Source: Parvularia atlantis
Lineage: Eukaryota
Length of the DNA: 40,900 nucleotides
Assembly: GCA_943704415.1 (NCBI GenBank)
Contig: CALSCO010001112.1
Location: forward strand, 1-40,900
Direction: 5' to 3'
Below, one piece after another: positions 30,467 to 40,900 of the stretch (its first letter is position 1; the number at the start of each line of letters is the position of its first letter). The position numbers and the translations under genes are program-made. Under the pieces are notes generated by a model. It was not told the DNA's origin. It ran no database searches and worked only from the letters and a program-made list of their open reading frames with translations.

Positions 30467-33400
30467 CTAGAACTGCGACAAGGGCTCCTGCTGCGACGCC
30501 GGGCCGTCGACGGGCGTAAAGTCGTACACGGGCGCGTCCTGCCGCGACAGCGCGCCCGGCTGCGACAGGACGTCGCCGTACGTGTCCTGCCGTTGCGTGC
30601 ACGCGAGTGAGTGCGCATCCGCCCGCGAGCACACAGACACCGCCGCACCTGCGACATCTGGCTATCGGCCTGCGATGCGTACGTCTGCGTCATCGGTGCG
30701 GCCGCCGCCTTCTTGGCGCGCGCGCCCGCGCCCTTGCTCCCGCCCGCGCTCGTGCGCCTGTCGTAGGGAGCCGCGTTCAGTGTGCGCGTGCGTGGTGCTT
30801 GCGCACGACCGGACGCACGTCTTCTGCGGCGTGGCGGCGACAGGCACGGGCGGCATGACCGCGTCCTGCGAGAACAGCTGGCTTGACAGCGGGATACCGT
30901 ACGACACCTGCGAGAGTGCCTGCGTGCGCGCGCACACTTCGTCAGCCGACAAAAGTGCACGGGCGAGTGCGACACGCCTCTGGCCCGAAGCTCGAGAACG
31001 GGTCGCGCATCTGCGACAGCGCCGCCGACGGGTCCTCTGCCGCCACTGCCGCTGGCCGGCCCCGCCGTGCCGCCGCCGCCTCGCGCTCGATGCGGTCGCG
31101 CTCGCGCCCCTCGCGCTCGCCGCCGGGCCGCAGGGGGTCGCGCTCGGACATGTTGCTCGGGCCAGCCACTGTTCGGCGCACGCGTGAGCACGCGACACCA
31201 CTCTGCTGGCACGGCGAAGCACTGTGCGCTTCGGTGCCGCGCCGGGGGCCGCGCCGCTCGCGCGCCGGCAGCGACTGGAACTGCAGCGCCGACTGCTTCA
31301 GATTGTTGAGCGCGCCCTCGACCAGGGCGTTCTCGCGCTTGTAGAACGTGAGCAGGTGGCGCCAGAGCAGGTGCTGTGCGCACGTCGGCATTGGCCTCAC
31401 GGTACCAGCGCGCAGCGGCGCACGTGCCTCCGACAGCAGCTTGGGGTTGCCAATGATGACGACGCCGTAGCGCCCACGCGTCAGGCCCACGTTGAGCCGG
31501 CGCGGGTCGCTGAGGAAGCCGATGCCGCGCGAGCGCACGCACGAAAGGATGATGTAGTCCTTCTCGCGGCCCTGCGTGCGGGCGTGCGCGGCCGTGCTCG
31601 GGCGCTGAGCGCGACAGAATGCTGCCTGCCCGCGCTCGCGCACCTGAAACGCGTCCACCGAGGCCACCTCGATGTCTTTGTACAGGTCCTTGCGCAGCGC
31701 GCCGTTCGTCTGCATATACGAGACGACGTACGCGCGTTGGCCCTCATACGGCGTGATGATGCCGATCTGGTCCGGCGTCACGCCCGACTTGAGAAAGCGA
31801 CTGACGACCTTCTCGCAGTTGGCGGCCTCGGCGCTGACGCACTCGTCAGACTGTGCGGCGCGCGACTGCGCGTGGCGCACCGGTTCAGGTACGACGTGCC
31901 CGACGCGGCGATCTCCTCCTGCCCGATCGTGCTGTAGAACATCATGGGCTTGTCGGGCACGGGCCAAGGGAAGTCGATGCGCGGCCGCAGGCGCTCGCTC
32001 GCCGTCACGCCGTTCTGCAGCGTGCCCTCGTAGAACACGTCGGACGGGAAGGCCGACAGGCACGGGTGCATGCGGTACTGGACCTGCGCGGGCCTCGTCA
32101 GTTCCCGCTGTAAGCGTGCAACGCGGGTGCAGCGCGTGCCTCCAGCCGGATGGGCCGGATGCGCAGCGCCACCAGCCGCTCAAAGAGCGACCGCGAGAAG
32201 CCCGCGCGGGCCGCGGCCTTGTTCATGACGACGGGGCCGAGCTGCTGGTGGTCGCCGACGAGGATGACCTTGCCGCCATGATCGTCATCAGATTGCGCAG
32301 CGAGCACACGTCCGGTCGCACCTGCCGCGAGCCCATGACGAGCGGGATGAGGCACTCGGGCTCGGTCGCCTGGGTGGCCTCGTCGATAAGCACCGTGTGG
32401 AAGCGGAACGCCGACAGGCGCATGTCGCCCGCGCCGACGCAGGTGCAGCAGATGACGTCGGCGGCCTGCGTGGCACGTGCGGTCAGCGGGACAGCACGTG
32501 AGCGTGCGCGCATGCGTGCTTTGAGGATCTTGCGCTCGCACTCGCGCCGCAGCGACAGGTAGCGCTTCTCGTCGCTGGCCGACAGCTCGCCCTGGTCCTC
32601 CTTGAGCTGGATGAGCTTCTGCAGCTCGGGCATCGTGTCGTTGTGCTTGATCTGGGCGCGGTGTGGCCGCGGCGTCAGCCTCGTGCCTGGGCAGCGCGGC
32701 GCGTGTGTGCGCACCTGCTCGCTCAGGCTCAGGAACGACACGGACGAGAGCATGCCCTCGCGCGACTTGGCCGTCAGCCGGACGACTCTGCGCGCAGCCG
32801 GCCGTGTCAGGCGCATCCTCCTAGGCGCATGCACATGCGACACACTTGAGCCCGGTCAGGTGGATCTTCTCGCACAGGTGGTCCACGGCGACGTTGCTGG
32901 GCGCGCACACGAGCACCTTGCCCGAGTTTTGCCTGCACAGATGGTACACGAGCGCGGCAGACGTGACGGTCTTGCCCGTGCCGGGTGGCCCCTGCTCAGG
33001 CAGTGAGTAAGTGCCGCGCGCGACGCGTGGGCCGCACCTGGATCAGGCTGACGGCGCGCTGCATCACCTGCGAGATGGCGAAGATCTGTGAATGGTTGAG
33101 ATCGGGCAGGTTGGGCGCGTTGAAGCTGCGACACGTGTCAGCAAGGCTCGCCTACCTGTCCGCCCGGCCGCTTGCCGCACCGCTTTGGCAGCTGGATGCG
33201 CGCGCTCGGCGGGTCGACGTCCTTGCCCAGCAGCACCCAGTAGACGTGACCGCTGGCCGACTGCTCGTCCATGGCGAATGTGCGCAGGGCGGTCTGCATT
33301 CTGGCGCGTGCCCGCAGTGTGCGCGCGTCAGCTGGGCTCACGATGCGCAGCGGCGGCCCCGCGCGCCGAACCGGTCAAACGTGATCGACTTCCACACAAA

Positions 33401-35005
33401 GTCGACGTGGAAGCCGTGGGTGGCGTCGGGCGGCGGGCTGTCGCTGTAGCGCAGCTCGACTGCGACTTCGGGCGACTTGTCTGTGCGCCGCGTGTGTGAG
33501 CCTAGCGCGCCAGACGCGGGCGGGCGCAGGCGCACTGTCCGGGATCTTGATCACGTTGCCCGTGCCGGCCCACGGCCGCACGCCCTGCTCGCCCATGTGG
33601 CGGATGCGCAGCTCATCGCCGCACGCGAGCTTGACGTCTGGCACCCGCATAAGCGGCGCACTGGCTGGCAGGCGGGCGGCACTCACCGCTGTCCTCCATC
33701 GGGAAGACAAAGTACGCGACGCGCTTCTTGTTGAGACCGATGTCCCACCGGATGGTGATGTTTTCGCGCGTCTGTGCCGCGGCAAAGCGGTCAGCCACGA
33801 CTATGTGCGAGCACGGTGCGAGCACGCCTGCGTCTCCTTGAGCTTGCGGTCGTGGTCGGCCTCCATCTTGACGAGCGGTCCGAAGAGGTTCTGGTACTGG
33901 AACGCGTCGTCGTACCTGCCTCGCGCGCGCGCAGACGTCAGCGCGCATCGCAGCCACGCGGCGCCACGCACTGCAGCGGCAGCGGCGCAATCTCGTCCTC
34001 GGGCGACGGCTTCTCGAGGTCCTCCAGCGCCGCGCGCGGGTTGTCCTTCCACAGCTCCTCGAGCTTGTTGATCTGCGCGGCCGTGAGGTGGCGCGCCCGT
34101 TGCATCTCCTGTGGACGCGGGCACCGCACATCAGCGCCGTCGGCCGGCGCACGCGCCCGTCGCGCGCCAGACCTGCTTGCTCGGCTCCTTCACCAGCCAC
34201 GACAGGAACGCGCGGCTCTCGATCAGGGGCGTCCACTGGTTCACGTCCCAGCTCATGTCGCGGTTGCCGGGCGTGCTCGCGCACGGGACACTGCGGTGCC
34301 GCGGCGTCGGTCTATCGCGCGGTCGTGGGGCGGGGCAGGGCGCACCGGCACAGCAGAACGACGACCGACTCGGACTTGGCCGGGATGAAGCCGAGTAGGA
34401 ACACGTTCTTGCTGCCGCAGAGGAAGCACTCGAGCACGGTGTCGCCGAGCGGGCCGTCCTGGTGCAGCGAGACCTCCTTGTGCTTGGACCGCACCAGGTG
34501 GTTGATGATGTGCGCGCCGCCGGTGTTCTGGCTCGAGTTGCAGAACCACTTCTTGCACACGTTGCAGCGCGCAACGCACGCCGGGTTGTGCACGGCGCAG
34601 TACCTGCGCACCCATGAGCGTGCGTGCGGGCGGGCAGGCGCGACGCGGGGCGCACTTGCACGCCCACTCGGGCAGCTCGCGCGGCACGGCCGAGCGCTCG
34701 ACGCCGTCGTCGTCCGTCTCGTCAAAGTTGAGCTGCGACAGGTCCGACTGCACGCTCGACACGTCGTCCTGCCGCCACAACCGCTCAACGCTCGCTCGCA
34801 CGCACACACGCCGAGCGCGCGCGCACCCGCTGCGAGCTGAACGCGCTCGGCGCGTCGGCGTCGTCGGCCTGGCTCTGCGACGGCATCGTCAGCTCGCTGA
34901 ACTCGTACTCGCTGCCCTGTGGTGCATCATAAGCGCCGCGGTCTGCGCGTGCGCGTGCGGCCTGTCCTCCCGTGCCTGCGTCGCGGCAAGGAAGTCGAAG
35001 TCCAT
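30467..35005 (-). CDS. UPF1: Regulator of nonsense transcripts 1 (UPF1 helicase), about 24 introns
   Basis: CH domain ([38 protein letters not shown]); helicase motifs [49 protein letters not shown]-rich tail ending LSQF; TAG at 30467-30469. Confidence 0.97.
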
Positions 35006-35143
35006 GGTTGCGGCGAGCAGGACGTGAGCGACGGCAAACGGCGAACTGTCACTCTTGTCGTGCTTTGTAGGCCCGTACCTTCAGGCACACACGACCTCGC
35101 AGACCCCCTCGCTCCCTCGCTCCCACGCGGCCCGCACGCCCCC

Positions 35144-35834
35144 CTACACGACCGAGACTCGCCGGAAGATGTCGTTGTAGACAAAGTAGTTGCTCTGCGC
35201 AGTCGGCACGAGGTGGAAGAACTGGCTGAAGAGGTGGGGCTTGTCCATCTCGCCGTCGACCTGGCGGGCGCGGGTGCCGTCGGGCGGATGCGCACACGGG
35301 CAGACGATCAACGACGCCGGCAGCGACACCCGCAGCGACGCCCGCGGCAACGCACGCACCGCAAACTGCCCCGTCACAAAGACCATGATCGAGTTGGGTG
35401 TCGGGCCCGGCTGGAAGTCGCGCGTGAGGATGTTGTGCACGACCTGCTGGAACGGCAGGGTCTGCGATCGCCGTCGTGCGCACGCCGCACGATGCGCGCG
35501 CAAGGCGGGTGGGTCAGCGTGCCGCGGTGCTGCGCTTGGCCGGGTCGGCGCACCGTCAGCTTGGTCACGATCGCCTGTTGCCCGAGGCACTGCACACCCT
35601 CGAATGTCATCATCGAGTTACTTTGCTGCGGCGTGGCGGGACGCGGGGCGCGGTCCGGCACAACGCACAAGGGGGGTGGAGGCGCGCGCGAGGGGGGCGG
35701 GCAGACGGTTACGCAAACAGCACGGCCGCGCAGGCACGTCGCGCCCGACGCACGTAGAGCACCCCGAGCAGCGCGCGGTTCTGGTCGAAGGTGGTGTAGT
35801 AGTGGTTGAGGAACGCGTTGCCGATGTCCTCCAT
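35144..35834 (-). CDS. NTF2: Nuclear transport factor 2
   Basis: MEDIGNAFLNHYYTTFDQNRALLGVLY/QSNSMMTFEG...DFQP...VFVTGQ...FSQFFHL...FVYNDIFR; three introns. The C-terminal few residues (RVSVV) are atypical. Confidence 0.92.
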
Positions 35835-36414
35835 GGCAGGTGCGAGTGTGGCGCGAGCGGGGCACGGGTGGGTGGATCTCTGCCGAGAGTGCGCGTGCTC
35901 AGTCGGTTGGTGTGAAGCGCAGCGGCAGCGACAGGCGACAGAGGTGGCAGCAGACGAAGGCGCAGACAGACCCCCCGGCAGCCACCGGGCGGGCAGCCGC
36001 AGGGCAGCAGCAGAGCCAGAGGTGTGGCTGCAGACGCAGAGCGAAGCTGCTCGACGCAATGGCCGCGGAACAGATCGAAGTTCGATCTGCTTCCTCGGCA
36101 GCGACGCCCCACGCGTCGACCCGCGCGAGGGCGCAGCGGGCGCAGTGGGCGCAGAGGGGCGCGGCACATGGGGCGCGGGGGGTGCGGCCGTGGCGGCTGC
36201 GCACGTGGCCGGGCGTGCGGCAAAGGGGGGCCGCGCGCGGCTGACGCAACGGGGCTTTCCGCGGCACCTGACGCGCGCAAACTGCCCGATGTGGCATCAC
36301 TCTGCGCTCGCAGAGTCCAGGCGGGACTGACGTCCGCGCACGCACGGCAGGCAGGCCCGGCGGCAGAGCAAGCACACGCGCGCGCAGAGGCAGAACGAGA
36401 AAAGGGCGGCAGCG

Positions 36415-37544
36415 ATGTCAAGCTTCCTGGGCCTGGGCCTCAGTCTGACGTGCGCTCTCACGGCACAACGCGCGCCACCTGCGGCTCACGCCCCGCGCGT
36501 GCGCGCGCGGCCATGCCAGGCTCAAGCCAAAGCACACGACGCTCAAGATCAAGAAGACCGGCGCGACGGGCACGAAGCCGCTCTTCCTGACCGAGCCGTT
36601 TCCGTCGTCGAGGCGCGCCGCACGTCCACGCTCACCCACGTGCCTGCTGACACCGCCGCCCGCGCTCTGCAGGCTCGTGCTGGGCGACATCAGGCGACTC
36701 GTCGTCAAGCCCAAGTTTGTCGACACGCACGAGTGGCTTGCGGCGAACGGTGCGCGCTGCCACGCCGCAAGCCCGCGCCCAGAGGGCTGACGTCGCCACG
36801 ATAGCCTACGACTTCTTCCACCAGATCAACCTGTTCTTCGGGACAGTGGCCGAGTACTGCACGCCCGCGGCGTGTCCCGTGATGAACGCGGGCGAGGGGT
36901 ACGTGCCTCGTGCGCGCGCGCTTGACAGGCAGGCTGACGCACAGCGACGACAGGGTCGAGTACTACTGGAGCGAGTCGGACAAGAAGCCGGCCAAGGTGC
37001 CCGCGGCGCAGTACATCGACCTCGCCTTCACCACGATCGCCGGGCAAATAGACAACGAGGCGATCTTCCCGACCAAGGCCGGTGCGGCGGCGCGGTTGTG
37101 GTCTGTGTGCGCGCACGCGCTCACGGCGCGCTGCAGGCGCCGAGTTCCCAAAGAACTTTGACGAGATCATCCGGCTGATCTTCAAGCGCCTCTTTCGCGT
37201 GCTGGCACACATCTACCACGCGCACTTTGACCGCATTGTGGCGATGCAGGTGCGCGGGGCTGGAGTGCTGGCGCGCGTCCGGGCCTCACGCGGCGCGCGC
37301 AGGAGGAGGGGCACCTCAACACGCTCTTCATCCACTTTGTACTATTCGCGCAAGAGTTTGACCTGGTAGACAAGAAGGAGTTTGTGCCGATGCAGGTGCG
37401 CGCGCTGCGTTTACATGCGCCGCGCACGAACCGCGGCCAAACGCGCTCGCCCAGGACCTGATCGAGGAGCTCAGCAGGCCCCTGCCGCCATCAGCGAGTG
37501 CGCTTGCAGGGGCCGCCCCCGCCGCGGACGCGCCCGCCCCGTGA
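36415..37544 (+). CDS. MOB2: MOB kinase activator, Mob2-type
   Basis: KPLFLTEPF...PKFVDTHEWLAAN, DFFHQINLFFG, CPVMNAG, VPAAQYID, FKRLFRVLAHIYHAHF, HLNTLFIHF. The stop at 37542-37544 assumes no further intron. Confidence 0.85.
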
Positions 37545-37800
37545 GCGCACGCGCGCCAAAGTCTGTGATCCGCAGCACGTTTCGCCCCGCTTGCCCATCA
37601 AGTGCCAAGTCAAAAGTCTCCTTTGTTTGGGCCCGCTTGCGTCACGCAGACGTTGCACAGAAGCGCGCGCCGCGTCGCATTCCCTCCGCATGCCTCAGCC
37701 TGCGCTCGCCGCCGCCGTGCCCCTTGGCGCCCGCCGCTCACTTTATCGCGCCGGCCCTCTTTCGCCCGCTTAACCGCACGCGCCGCACGCGCAGGACGCG

Positions 37801-40168
37801 ATGAACCCGCCCAGCGACGACGAGGACGAGGACGCGCCGCTCGTCTACGCACCCGCCGCGCCCGCCAGCCGCCGCGCCGCCGGCACCGCGCCCGCCAGCG
37901 CCGCGCCCGCCGCGAGCAGGCCAGCCGCGGGGCCGACGCGCGTGCCGGGCGTGCTGGGCGTGCGTGCACGTCACGTATCAGCGACGCGTCTGACACTCTG
38001 CGCGCGCGCCGCAGTACGTCCCGCCGCCGATGCCTGCGTCGCGGCCGTACACGGTCGAGGTGAACTCGTCGACGTACGGTGGGCCTGCGGACGGCGACGA
38101 CGTGCGCTCCCGCCCGCGCGCCCGCCCGACAGCGACGTTGCGGCTGACGCCGCCGCCGCCAGAACGACGCCGCGCTCGACTACGACGACAAGGACCAGCC
38201 GCTGCTACTCGAGCAGAACGCGGGCACGTACCGCGGCGTGGTCACGATCCGCCGCTACCGCGACCTGTTCTTCGCCGCGCTCTACGTCGCCGCGTTCCTA
38301 GCGATGCTCATCAGCGGCATCGTCGTCCGCGCCTCGTCGCGCGCCCCTGTCGACCCCATCGCCGGCTCGCTCTCGTACATGGTCTTCGACGTCCTGCGCG
38401 GCTCGCTCGGCATCCTCACCGCCGTTATCGTGCTCGAGTCGGTCCTCGGCGCGCTCTGGCTGCTCATCGTCCGCGCCTACGTCAAGGTGCGCCCGCAACC
38501 ATGCACGCATGTTGCAGGCTGACCGGCTCGACTTGGTCCCAGGCGTGCGTCTGGGGCACGATGATCACGACGCCGCTCCTGCTGTTTGGCTTCGGCATTT
38601 GGACGCTCAGGTGCGCTGCCGGCCGTGCCGCGGCGGCGCCAGCGCGTCATCTGACGGCGCGCGTGCCTGCCAGCCTTGCCGTGCCACACACCGGGACGAC
38701 CGTCGTGGGCTGGATGTCGATCGTCGGCGGCGCCGTGTGCGTGCTCGCGCTCGTCTTCATGTACCCGCGGCTGGATGTGACCGTCAGCCTGTTCAAGGCA
38801 CGCGCAGCCCTGCGCAAAAAACGCGCATCGCTCACCGCGGCGCGCGCACAGCTCGCCACGACCGTGCTGATGGACCACTTTGACCTGTTTTGGGTGGCCA
38901 TCGCTGCGTCGGCCGCCTTTCTTGCGTTCGCCGCGCTCTGGATCTTCCTCTTTGGGTCGCTGTTCCTGCTCGGCAGCGCCATCATCGACCCTGCGACGGG
39001 TACGTCGACAGCCGCGCCCTGGCCACGTCGTTTCGCTCACACATTCGCGCCCGGCAGGCCTGTCGACGTGGACCGTCGACCCGACGTCGTACGTCGCCCT
39101 GTGCTTCTACCTGCTGATGTTCTTTTGGACGACGGCGATCGTCAACAACATCCAGGTGTACATCATCGCCGGCACGACCTGCCAGTGGTTCTTCCACCGG
39201 TCCGTCGCCGCGTCGCGCTCCTCCTCCCTCCGCTGACACGCCGACGCACAGCACCGACTTTGGCCGTACGCGCCGCAACGCCGTCGCTGCGGCCGCCTCA
39301 CAGGCCCTCACGACCTCGTTCGGGTCGATCTGTCTCGCCGCGCTCATCCTCGCCGTCGTGCAGCTGCTGCGCTTCGTCCTGCAGCGCTTCGTGCGGGTGC
39401 GCGCTCGGGCGCGGCGGGCGGAGAGAGTGCGGTCGGTGCTGATGCGGCGGCGGCGGCGACAGAGACGATCGGACGGCGGCCTGGACGCGTTCTCGCGCGT
39501 CATTCTCTCGTGCGCCAACGGGCTAGAGACGATCGTGACGCAGGTGTGTGTGCGCGCGCACACATGTGCGCCGCACCCCGAGCTCATGCATGCCACCCCG
39601 CGCACAGATTTCGCACCTACATGTCGCTCTCAGGCATGTCGTTCTTCAGCGCGACGCGAGCCATCGTCGACGTGCTGCGGCGCAACCTGCTCGACCGCGT
39701 CGTGATCGGTGCGCCTGCGCGCGCGCGCCTTGGCCGTGCTCACGCGCCCGCGCGCACACAGACTGGGCCGCGCACGTCGTGCTCTGGGTGTGGTCGGCCG
39801 CAATCTCGGCTTTCTGCAGCTTCGGCGTGTACCTCTACGCGGCCAACGTGCTCCAGTCGCCCTACAGCTGGGTTACAGCGCTCGTCAGCTTCTCGGTCGC
39901 GCACGCGGTCATGCGGTTCTACTCGCGTCTGCTGCTCGACGTGTGCGTCGCTGGCTGTCGTTGTCGCGCGCTGCTTGGACTTGACGCTCTAGTCCACCCC
40001 GCACGCAGCATCGACGCGCTCTTCTTGTGCTACGCGCTCGACTGCGACGGCGCCGTGGGCGAGCGCACGGCCGAGAACAGCGAGGTGCACCGCGTGCTCG
40101 GCGCGCATATCGACAAGCAGCAGCAGCAGCCGGCGCGGCCCATCGCGCTCGCTGGCGATGCCGTGTGA
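37801..40168 (+). CDS. Choline transporter-like (CTL/SLC44, Pns1-like) multi-pass membrane protein
   Basis: RRYRDLFFAALY, FWTTAIVNNI...IAGTTCQWFF, ALTTSFGSICLAALI, YMSLSGMSFFSA, IDALFLCYALD; many hydrophobic spans. Confidence 0.87.
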
Positions 40169-40275
40169 CGTCTGTCGTGGGCCATGTTATCATCTCGTGT
40201 TCTCATTCTGCGCAAAAGTCTCCACACCGACGACTGAAAACAGGAAAGTGTGCGGGCAGGCGAAGCGGGCGGGGA

Positions 40276-40900
40276 CTAATGCGCGTGGTCGCGCGCTTTT
40301 CCCATGAGCGGGTGCACTTGGCTCACAAAGCTGGCGCACGCGGACGTCAGCCAGCGAGCGCAGAAGGGCGCGCAGGCAGAAGGGCGCGCAGGCAGCGAGC
40401 AACGCACTCCTTGCTGTTGAGCACGGCCGTGCCGCCGATGACGAACCGCATCCCGGGCATGGAGCTGTTCAGCTGCGCGATGTACCTGGCCTCCTCGTAC
40501 GTCACGCCGCCGATCACGAAGATGATGATGTCCTGTTGCGGCGTGGGCCGTAAGCGAGCGCGCGGGGCACAGGGTTGGGCGCACCGTTGGCCGGTCGCGC
40601 GATGTCGCCTCAACAAACGGGTACAGTTGGTCGCGCTCCTTCGTTTTGCTCTTGAGGATGGTCTCGATCGTGCGCGCGAGCAGCGGCTGATGCTGCGTGT
40701 AGATGTTCTCGACGCCCTGGCACGCCGCGGCGCGCATCGGGTCAGCCGCGCACGTGCGCTGCTCCACACGCACCTTTAGCCCCTTTTTGATCGTCGAGAT
40801 GCCGCGCGACAGCACGCTCTGGTTGCCAAACAGGTCGACCTGCCGCTGGTCCGCGCCGGCGTACCGCAGCATCGCCTCGACCGTCTGGGGAAGAAGGGGG
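40276..40900 (-). CDS. VPS45: Sec1/Munc18 family protein Vps45, 3' part; gene starts beyond the window end
   Basis: YAGADQRQVDLF...KGLKGVENIYTQHQPLL...LYPF...DIIIFVIGGVTYEEAR...IGGTAVLNSK; TAG at 40276-40278. Confidence 0.9.
   Translation of the reverse strand, partial: PLLPQTVEAMLRYAGADQRQVDLFGNQSVLSRGISTIKKGLKVRVEQRTCAADPMRAAACQGVENIYTQHQPLLARTIETILKSKTKERDQLYPFVEATSRDRPTVRPTLCPARSLTAHAATGHHHLRDRRRDVRGGQVHRAAEQLHARDAVRHRRHGRAQQQGVRCSLPARPSACAPFCARWLTSACASFVSQVHPLMGKARDHAH

Noticed and set aside
28043..30610. 855-aa ORF and the many other long Arg/Ala-rich ORFs in the track
   Set aside because: They are shadow or intron read-through frames of GC-rich spliced genes; only short stretches carry the real protein.
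31168..31239. A seventh GC donor in UPF1 (GCACCG)
   Set aside because: A same-phase GT donor (GTGCTT) exists and the region is poorly conserved, so it was not counted.
35079..35162. Possible GC-AG intron (GCGAGT...TGAAG) that would fuse NTF2 in frame to UPF1
   Set aside because: The frame works, but the acceptor lacks the local branch/GCAG signature and both proteins have plausible ends of their own. Junction reads would be needed.
1..40900. Stop-codon reassignment, CRISPR arrays, rRNA/tRNA genes
   Set aside because: In the genes I traced, in-frame stops fall in introns and genes end in TAG, TGA or TAA. No repeat-spacer array or recognisable structural RNA gene was seen.

Overview
This is eukaryotic nuclear DNA, not prokaryotic. 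It is GC-rich (about 70% in hand-sampled lines) and very gene-dense, with short spliceosomal introns (mostly about 45-70 nt; donor GTGCG, branch site GCT(C/G)AC, acceptor GCAG). Most ORFs in the supplied track are exon fragments or shadow frames. Manual splicing gives 18 genes in this order: CCDC22 (partial), a type II membrane glycosyltransferase-like protein, RNR1, NSE4, eIF2B-gamma, ZNF511-like, an intronless 1048-aa protease, mitochondrial RNA polymerase, a 2-TM/PPxY/DUF4476-like protein, homocitrate synthase, a large PPR protein, DCAF15-like, an LCAT/PGAP1-type hydrolase, UPF1, NTF2, MOB2, a CTL/Pns1 transporter and VPS45 (partial). The gene mix suggests an early-diverging fungus or a related opisthokont protist (inference). 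Main oddities: (1) a lower-GC, intron-free island encoding a helical-repeat domain plus a Nal1/S64-like trypsin-fold protease; (2) homocitrate synthase fused to a LOR/SDH (Saccharop_dh_N-like) domain; (3) many GC-AG introns, concentrated in UPF1, several with competing frame-shifting GT donors; (4) a bacterial RarA-like fragment at an assembly gap. All family assignments come from recalled motifs; no searches were run.
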